DNA of 64,000 nucleotides, taken from the NCBI GenBank assembly GCA_964016885.1, contig OZ024743.1, forward strand, positions 5,394,001 to 5,458,000. Direction: 5' to 3'. The DNA is from Eledone cirrhosa. Lineage: Eukaryota. Shown one piece after another: positions 56,591 to 64,000 of the stretch. The notes below the pieces were generated by a model, which ran no database searches, was not told the DNA's origin, and saw only the letters and a program-made list of their open reading frames with translations. The first letter of the stretch is position 1; the number at the start of each line of letters is the position of its first letter. A program made the position numbers and the translations under genes.

Positions 56591-57157
56591 TGACGAAGGG
56601 CTATTTTTATCATATGTAACCCATGTGCAACCACGCAGTATTCTTCTTTCTTCTCGGCTGCGTTTGTCTGTTTCTGTCTTACTGCTTCCCCGTTCTCTCT
56701 ATTTCTCTCACCTTCTTTCGCCCCCTCTGTCAGTTACACTTTCTCTCAACTGACCACTTCCTCGCACTTCCACTCACTCACTCTCTATTTCTCCCCTTCT
56801 CACTTCCTCCCGTTTGGCTAACAGTGGGTCTCTTCTTGCTTACATCTCACTCACGTTGGACGTGTCTGTACCTTTCGCTCATGAAATCCACCCAGATTAT
56901 GGTGACCAGGACTACCATGTTGCTTGTTTTTTTCCTTTCTTTGGTTTGCTTTTATCCTTCTATGTTGTTCACTTGTCCCCCTCGCTTTACGCGATTTACT
57001 GGTCCCAATAACTTTTTTTAGTTATTGCTCGCACCAACCTGAGGTATATGATTTTTAATGTGATGAAATACCAATGATGGTTGGAAAATCACTGACGAAG
57101 GACTATTTTTATCATATGTAACCCATGTGCAACCACGCAGTATTCTTCTTTCTTCTC
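56591..57157 (+). mobile_element. 502-nt non-coding unit with 65-nt terminal direct repeat (retrozyme/pLTR-like)
   Basis: 56591-56655 equals 57093-57157 with 1 mismatch. Flanked by (TA)n. Contains the scrambled HHR. Confidence 0.8.
57034..57117 (+). ncRNA. Candidate hammerhead with non-circularly permuted strand order, copy 2
   Basis: ccaacc.tga.GGTA-TA-TGATTTT.ta.ATGTGAT-GAAA-TACC..ggttgg.AAAATCA-CTGACGA-aggactattttt-ATCATAT. Confidence 0.62.
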
Positions 57158-57163
57158 ATGTTT

Positions 57164-57233
<70 letters not shown>

Positions 57234-57399
57234 TATAAGCTTTCACCGTATTTTTTACTAAAGAAATTTTGGGGTTCTAAACGCCACTATCAGGCTAATA
57301 TATCAGGCTATATATATATATCCAAGAGATACTTACATATATATATATATATATATCCAAGATATATATATATATATATATATATCCAAAAGATGGCAA

Positions 57400-57489
57400 C
57401 ATGAATGGACCTGTTATTTTTTTCTGTAAAAACAATTTTTCCGATTATGTATACTTTTGTGTGTATACTTTTTGGGGGAACACCTTGTA
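57400..57489. mobile_element. Tc1/mariner-like terminus
   Basis: Reverse strand reads TA-CAAGGTGTTCCCCCAAAAAGTATACAC. Confidence 0.4.
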
Positions 57490-57668
57490 TATATACAGTT
57501 CAAGCCTGAATGGAGATGGTCAGTGGGCAGATTCTAGTGGTCAAGAACTATGATGACGTCACGAACCATCAACCAATCTAAGGGCCGCGCAAACCGGATG
57601 AAGGTAGATGATATAGACTCGAAATATCGGAGCCCTGCAGAAAGAGAATTTGGTTCAAAATCACTAGA

Positions 57669-57758
57669 CGTATTTGAGGAACTTGCGAATCCAGAGTCAG
57701 GTTCGATCCACAAACAGATCGCACCGCGACTGTTCGCTGGAGAAACAATTGTAATACG
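57669..57758 (+). ncRNA. HHR-like motif with long stem II, in an insert ending at (TA)n near 57805
   Basis: cgtat-TTGAGGA-..gcgaa...ttcgc..-GAAA-C-AATT-G-TA-atacg. Confidence 0.55.
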
Positions 57759-58110
57759 TAATAAATTGAGTTCCGATGCATCACTGATTCTTCATTTTCC
57801 ATTTTATATATATATATATATATATATGAATTAATGTCAGTGCTTTGAAATAGGGATGTATACACGAATGTATGTATTGTATATTTGATAATATACTGTA
57901 TGATTATTTTAAAACATTTTGAAGACCATTCGCTATGAGTTTTAAAGTAGTGACAGTCACTTACTTAGTCTCGATATTTTTTTGTTTTTTTGTCGATCGA
58001 CTTTCGTGAAATCGGACCGAGGAAACAATGTTTCCGTTGGTCTTTCCAATTGCTAATACTAACTACCGGTCGCAACTCCAGCTAGAAAGTCTCGATATAT
58101 ATATATTTAC

Positions 58111-58148
<38 letters not shown>

Positions 58149-58479
58149 AAAGTGATATAATTGTTTTTAATAATGTACTAAGAGTGAAAGTAAAAGTAAC
58201 AATAGGAGTTAATTGTATCTAAGAGATTTGACTTTACTTTGTGCAACCTCTAACATTGATACTTCATCTTTTTTGTTATCGTTGTTGTAGCTTATCCCTC
58301 ATTATATCTCTCGTACACTGTTCTTCTGTGATAGTATACATGTGTGGATATGTGTATGATTGTGACGTAAGAGATAATGAGATACGAAAGAGAGAAATTC
58401 TTTAGATTAACTGAGATTTTATCAGTATAGAATATAAAGAACAAAAATAGGGTCAAAAAAGGGAGTGATGACGATGTAA

Positions 58480-58533
<54 letters not shown>

Positions 58534-58767
58534 TTCTTTATTAGCCACTAGGGCGCAACAAGAAAAGGGGACAATACAAAGACATGCCGGGGATTTTACA
58601 TACAGTCGTGTAAAAAATATAAAAACAAACAATTTCAACAATCGAAATCCCCAATAGGGGGGAGGCGCCACAAATGGGTTGTTTAATACCCCGTCGATAG
58701 AACAACCCTCAACTCCAGGAGCGTGTTGTGCAAGTGCTCCTTTCTTCCTTTTGCTCTCTTCTTTAAA

Positions 58768-61700
58768 CTACAGGCTTATATACAGAGAAGGCCCAATCAG
58801 TCGGGCCATTTTCGCTTCATTCACCCACCTTTCAGTAAATTTACTGGGGTGCAGTGCCTCTCTCTCCACCCTGATTCTCCTTCTAAAGTGATACTTAAAG
58901 AAGGGAATCAATTGTTGTCCGGAGAGAAAGGCATCTGTCCTCAGTCCTCTCAACCTCGTCCACCATATAACCTCTTTCACCATAGCCACCGTACAGAGGA
59001 AAACCGCCTCTCTTTCGTTTTTGAAAGAGGCTGGCGGTTTGATCCTTACTATGGACTCGGCAGTCAACTGGATTTGTCCCATACGTGACAGCAGTTGTTC
59101 TGCATAGTTCCACAGGTCGCTTACGCCCGGGCAGTGTACAATTGCGTGCAGAACTGTTTCAATGTCCTGCGCACATCTTGGACACGTCCTCTTGGAAGGA
59201 TCCCTGCCAGGGCGTCCGTGCCTGTAGATCTTGTCACGAACCGGTAGAGCTCCTCGGTAGCACTGCCAGGCCAGGGACCTCTGGAAGTTGTCCATAGGTC
59301 CCGGGCGGAAAGTCCTACCAAACATACTGGTGAGCTCATCGTCTTCGACGCCCAGAGTCTCTCCGAGCACGTCGTCGCCCTTGTAACGTACAATCCCTCT
59401 ATAGAATGTCGAGGTGGAGTCTCCACTGATTGCTGCGCCCGCTTGCCAGAGGACTGTGAGCGCCTGAGCGCATTCAATGTGCCAGGCGCCCATCGTTTTC
59501 GGTCTTTTCTTCACCCAGGACTGCAGCTCCGTTGGCGAGACGAGCTGTGGAAAAGCCTGTCTCACAAACGGTGCCCACACCGGTTGGGGGTCGGTGAGGA
59601 ATACCTGGAGATGCCGCAGCCTCAGCGCATGTTTGCGCATCATCAGCCACGGCATTCCCAGCCCTCCGTTGGAAGGGTGCTGACAGCAGACGGATCTCCT
59701 CACCAGCGGAGCCTGCTTCTTCCACAGAAACTGGAAGAGCATGCGTTCCATCTTGGTGAGGTGTTCACGGGGACAAGGCACGACAGTCAAGCGGTAGTAG
59801 ATGACGGACGCTATGAAAGTGTTCGCCACCTCCGCTCGACCTTTCAAGGACAGTTTGCACTCTGCCCACTTCTGAGTGAGTGCAAACACCTTGGCTGTGA
59901 CCTCGTTCCAGTTTTTCTCCACCTGGAGGTCTGGACCGAACCAGACCCCGAGCAATTTCACCGGTCCGTCCGTCCAGCGTCCAACGACGCTGTCGGATGT
60001 CATCGGTTTGCCTCTCCACGTACCGAGTTGCAAACCGACGGACTTGTCTGGGTTTAGTTTTGCTCCCGTCAGCGTTTCGTATTCTTTCAGTATGTTGCCG
60101 ATCACCCCGATTTCCGAGGTGCTCGACACCATTACCGTTACGTCGTCGGCATAAGCCGACGCCGCTTTGCGCAGTCCCGGTTCTAGGAGGATGCCCTGCA
60201 ACAGCTCCAATTTCCGCAGTAGTGGCTCTAGAGTCAATACATACAGAATGGAGGAGAGAGGGCATCCCTGTCGAATGGAACGCGTGATTGCGAACGGCTC
60301 CGATAGGTAGCCGTTCACCTTGACCCTCGAGCAGATGCTGGTGTGCATCGCCTCGATCCATCCTCTGAACACGGGACCGAAACCGGCCGCCTTGAGAACC
60401 GCTTCCAAGTATCGATGGTCGACCCTATCGAATGCCTTAGACTGATCCAAGTTGATCAGAGCCCCACCGAAGCCGGGTTTACTACCCACCCTCTCTATGA
60501 TGTATCGCATGAGGTGGAGGTTGTCGTGTATGGACCTGGTCGGGATTGCACACGTTTGCGCTACCAGGTTCTCGACGACAAGCGCCAACCTCGTCGCTAG
60601 CACCTTGGCCAAAATCTTTAACTCTGTGTTGAGCAGAGTTATGGGCCTGAAGTTGTTAATTTCGTCCCCCTTGTTCTCGTCTTTCCTGATCAGCGTTACT
60701 ACGCCCTTGCCTGCAGAACTGGGAATTCTCCCGTTCTGCTGCCAATTGCAGTAGACGGCTTCGAGGACGCCAGAGAACAAGTCCGGCATGCCTATGTAAA
60801 ATTCGTAGGGTAGACCATCTAGACCGGGTGACTTGCGTTTCCCGCAGCGGCCCAGAGCGTCCCGTATCTCAGTGTCCGTGATCGGTCTTTCGCAGAACTC
60901 GGCGTCCGTGTTCGAGAGACGTGGCAGGCCGTCGAGGTATGAACTAAAGTCCATTTCCCCGTTCGGCTCACCGTCGTTCTGCTCAAACAGTCGCACAAAG
61001 TGCCGCTGAAAGGCCGCGCACATTTGCTTGGGGTCAAGTAGGACGCGTCCGTTTTGGTCTTTCAAAGACCGAATCGTGGACTTGTTGCCACTTTTTGCCT
61101 CCGCCACTCGGGCCCAGCTGACAGCTTTCGCTCCTACGTTTCCTAGAGCACGTGTTTTTCTTCTGACCACGCAGCCTTCGTGTTTCGCATCGAAGAACTG
61201 GTCCAGTGCCGTTCTCGACGCTAACACTCTAGCCGCGTTGCCACTTCTAAGTGCCTCCTCTACCTTGGCTACTAGTTCTCTTTCTATTCTGTTTTTCTCT
61301 AAGGCTAACTCTCTGCTATACCCTATCGATTCTATTCTAATTGCTTTCGTGAGAGAGTACCACCATCTATTGTTGACGATGGCTCCCGTTAACTGTTGCT
61401 TGACTAGTCTACTTATCCGTTCACTGTAAGCTTTACGTGCCGGCAACGACACGTTCAGCTTCCAGTATCCGGGACCCTGTCTATGTATTCTATCACGGTT
61501 GACTAAGCAGACGACTAACTTGTGATCTGAATAGGCAACCATGTGCATTCGTGGACAGCTTAACATCTCCTTGTCCCTTTCTCTAATGAAGAACCTATCT
61601 AAATACGATCTAGATGTCCCACTGCGGTTTACCCACGTCCACTGTGGTGCAGTCGGGAAATCCAGTCGATACCTATCGGCCAGTTGGAATTGGCCGATTA

Positions 61701-62208
61701 AAGTTTTGAGGCTGTTGCACCCCGCTCTACTGGGACATGCTCCCACATAGTCCCATCGTGCATCTAGGATACCATTCCAGTCCCCCACTAAAAGTAAGGA
61801 GCGAGACGTTCCCAGAAAAGACTCTAGACGCTTAAAGAAGTCTGGCCGTGATTGCGATTGCCCGGTCGGGGCATAAACGGCCACCAGTGTGAAGGCTCCA
61901 CCTCCTATACTGTTCACGTCTAGGACTACCAGTCTACCCTCCGGGTCCAAGTGTACTTGCTGTACTCCGACGTCCAGGTTCTTCCGAAACATAACAGCCA
62001 CTCCACCTCCACCTCCTGGCTGACAGAGAGATACGTAGATCTCAAAGTCGTCGAAGATGGGGGTTAGTTGCTGCCTGTTGTGGATCCTGGACTCGGTGAT
62101 GGCTATCACATCCATACTGTGTGACCTAAGGTCGTTTAAAAGTTGGCCCTGTTTCCAGGGCATCCCTAGGCCACGCACATTCACGGTTCCAACTCGTAAA
62201 CCAGCCAT
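58768..62208 (-). CDS. LINE ORF2: APE endonuclease, reverse transcriptase and C-terminal CCHC (1146 aa)
   Basis: APE motifs NVRGL, ITESR, VYAP, GDWN, SYLDRF, SDH. RT motifs KSPGLDG, NFRPITLLN, KAFDRV, RQGCPLS, YADD. Zinc motif CPRC..ETVLHAIVHCP. Confidence 0.97.
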   Translation of the reverse strand: MAGLRVGTVNVRGLGMPWKQGQLLNDLRSHSMDVIAITESRIHNRQQLTPIFDDFEIYVSLCQPGGGGGVAVMFRKNLDVGVQQVHLDPEGRLVVLDVNSIGGGAFTLVAVYAPTGQSQSRPDFFKRLESFLGTSRSLLLVGDWNGILDARWDYVGACPSRAGCNSLKTLIGQFQLADRYRLDFPTAPQWTWVNRSGTSRSYLDRFFIRERDKEMLSCPRMHMVAYSDHKLVVCLVNRDRIHRQGPGYWKLNVSLPARKAYSERISRLVKQQLTGAIVNNRWWYSLTKAIRIESIGYSRELALEKNRIERELVAKVEEALRSGNAARVLASRTALDQFFDAKHEGCVVRRKTRALGNVGAKAVSWARVAEAKSGNKSTIRSLKDQNGRVLLDPKQMCAAFQRHFVRLFEQNDGEPNGEMDFSSYLDGLPRLSNTDAEFCERPITDTEIRDALGRCGKRKSPGLDGLPYEFYIGMPDLFSGVLEAVYCNWQQNGRIPSSAGKGVVTLIRKDENKGDEINNFRPITLLNTELKILAKVLATRLALVVENLVAQTCAIPTRSIHDNLHLMRYIIERVGSKPGFGGALINLDQSKAFDRVDHRYLEAVLKAAGFGPVFRGWIEAMHTSICSRVKVNGYLSEPFAITRSIRQGCPLSSILYVLTLEPLLRKLELLQGILLEPGLRKAASAYADDVTVMVSSTSEIGVIGNILKEYETLTGAKLNPDKSVGLQLGTWRGKPMTSDSVVGRWTDGPVKLLGVWFGPDLQVEKNWNEVTAKVFALTQKWAECKLSLKGRAEVANTFIASVIYYRLTVVPCPREHLTKMERMLFQFLWKKQAPLVRRSVCCQHPSNGGLGMPWLMMRKHALRLRHLQVFLTDPQPVWAPFVRQAFPQLVSPTELQSWVKKRPKTMGAWHIECAQALTVLWQAGAAISGDSTSTFYRGIVRYKGDDVLGETLGVEDDELTSMFGRTFRPGPMDNFQRSLAWQCYRGALPVRDKIYRHGRPGRDPSKRTCPRCAQDIETVLHAIVHCPGVSDLWNYAEQLLSRMGQIQLTAESIVRIKPPASFKNEREAVFLCTVAMVKEVIWWTRLRGLRTDAFLSGQQLIPFFKYHFRRRIRVEREALHPSKFTERWVNEAKMARLIGPSLYISL

Positions 62209-62249
62209 GTTGGTGAAGAAAAGTTGGAGAAAAAGGACGAAAGGTGCAC

Positions 62250-63795
62250 TTACCTTTTCGTTTCCTGGAGATCGGGTTGTTCAATCTCCATTTGGGTGCT
62301 GGATGGGGTGTTGGGTGGGGTGGGGAAACCTTTCAACAGGACGCGGTTGGTGGGTTTGTGGCAGGGGTTGCTCACATCCTGTGAAAATTTAATTTTTAGG
62401 TCTTTATAGGTTTCCATAGAAACCCTTATAAGTTTAAGGTGTGGAGACGATTCTGCCTTGACGAAAGTTTTGCCCTCCGTCTCCACCTTGGGGTTTTGGG
62501 AGATGACCTCCATCAAACTCTTGTTGTTTGTGTTGATGTATGCGTATTATTGTTTGTGTTTTTGTTGTGTTGTTTTAGTTTGTTGTTCATCCGGGAGTTT
62601 TCTTTTTATGGTGGGTGCTTGTGTTTGGGGTGGTGTTGGTGCTGGTTTTGCTGATAGGGGGATGTTTGACTGTGGTGTTGTTTGTGTTGTTGTTTGTGTC
62701 TGTGGTTGTGTGTTGGTGTTGGTGATTGGAGTTTTGGGGGTTTTGTGGTGTCTCTTTTTTGGTTTTTTAGATTTCCGCGGTTCTCCCTCTTCTTCACTTA
62801 AAGAAGGAGAAGCAGCTTCATCCGTCGATGAATAATCATCGTCAGGTGTGTGGGGTAAGGGTATGTTGTGTGGTGGTGGTGGTGTTTCGGTATGTGTGTT
62901 TGTGGTAGTGTTTGATGGAGTGGGATGGAGTGGGGAAGTGTTCTTCAGGGGTGTTGTCTCTGTTTTTTCTATTGTTGTTGGTTGAGTGTCTGTTTGTTTT
63001 GGTGTGGTTGCTCGTTTCGTCTGTCGTTGTACTTGTGGTGGTGGTGGTTGTTTTGGTGTTGGTGTTGGTAATAGCGTTTTTTTATGATGTTGTTGTAGTG
63101 TGTTTGTGGACAAGAGGCTTTTAGGTGAGCTGTGCTACCACAGCGAAAGCAATGAAATTTTCGTCCTTCTACCGAAATGTTTATTTTGTTGTTATTATCA
63201 ATAACGACTCTTTCGGGTATTTTGGAGATTCTTTCCGGTTTCATTTGCAACAGAATCTCCAAATCTGTGCCCGCCCACCTTTGTCGAATAGATTTTCGTA
63301 TCGAAAGTATTATGTCTGTTTCTGGCTCTACGAAGCCAGCCAAGATCCACCAGATGTTAATGTTTGGAGGTATGTTTTTTATTTTTATTTTTTGTGTCCT
63401 TTTCCCCATGTATGTAGGGAAAAAGGTGTATGCTTTTGACACTATTGGTGTCACAGAGGTTTTGGGGCGAGTGCCTCGCTTTTAAACAGTACGGAAACAC
63501 TTCCGTACTGTTTTCCTCGCTGGAGAAAATCGACATTTGCTAGAATTTCCTTGAAAGAATCTTCTATATCTGCTTGATTAACAAATGTCGACTTTCTTGT
63601 CGAATTTGACACAGACCGAAAAGTGACTGATCTGCGGTTTGTGTCTTCCTTTATTTCAAGGGGTGAGTTAATTCTAAACCCACCTCTTTCTTCGAAAGTT
63701 ACAAATTTTCTCCCTTGCTGGAGCATATCTCTTGCGTTGGATATAACAAGATTTATAAAATCTTGTTTTTTGATCACTGATTCAGCGAAAGACAT
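62250..63795 (-). pseudogene. LINE ORF1 (gag-like, CCHC knuckle, Pro/Thr-rich) broken by frameshifts
   Basis: Overlapping pieces 63451-63795, 62969-63454, 62547-63113 and 62250-62516. CFRCGSTAHLKASC knuckle at 63110-63151. Confidence 0.8.
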
Positions 63796-64000
63796 TTTCT
63801 TTTTTTTTGTGTGGTGTTGCTGTTGATGATGTTGTTATCGTTGTTGGAAATTTCAGTTCCTTTTCGAGGTGAAACTTTATGTGTAGATGTATCTGTAGAG
63901 TTGTTGATGTCTTTTTCATGTGTATGTATGTCAATGGGTTTTTTGCTGTGTTTTCCTGTGTGTTATTGTCATTTTTCTCCACTTCGGCGATAGAAATTGT

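Larger units (their letters stand above)
58480..64000 (-). mobile_element. Near full-length L1/Tx1-clade LINE with (ATCT)n at its 3' end
   Basis: Two-ORF layout, 3' UTR of about 250 nt and (ATCT)n at 58480-58513. The 5' end is at or beyond the window edge. Confidence 0.93.

Noticed and set aside
58679-63826. Plus-strand and alternative-frame ORFs overlapping the LINE
   Set aside because: Shadow ORFs of the LINE coding sequence.

Overview
Eukaryotic, very AT-rich and microsatellite-saturated non-coding DNA. The repeat content resembles an octopus/cephalopod genome (inference only). No host exon could be supported, and almost all ORF-track entries are microsatellite artefacts. The one long real ORF is ORF2 (APE endonuclease, RT, CCHC) of an L1/Tx1-clade LINE at 58768-62208 (-), with a frameshifted ORF1 upstream. 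There are also many tRNA-derived SINEs, RTE/CR1/RLE LINE fossils, small MITEs and a truncated Penelope-like element (GIY-YIG C-terminus plus inverted pLTR). The main hidden signal is RNA structure: more than a dozen short non-coding inserts, mostly in (TA)n tracts, carry hammerhead ribozyme (HHR) cores and fold-back inverted ends. Two stand out. (1) 42008-42998 is a TSD-flanked head-to-head pair of circularly permuted, longer-than-unit copies of a 464-nt HHR RNA, as expected for a retrozyme-like circular RNA. (2) 17517-17612 and 57034-57117 are two divergent copies of a hammerhead whose three core strands lie in a non-circularly-permuted order, with compensatory changes in several helices; one sits in a 502-nt unit with a 65-nt terminal direct repeat. 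All folds were read by eye and none has been computed or tested.
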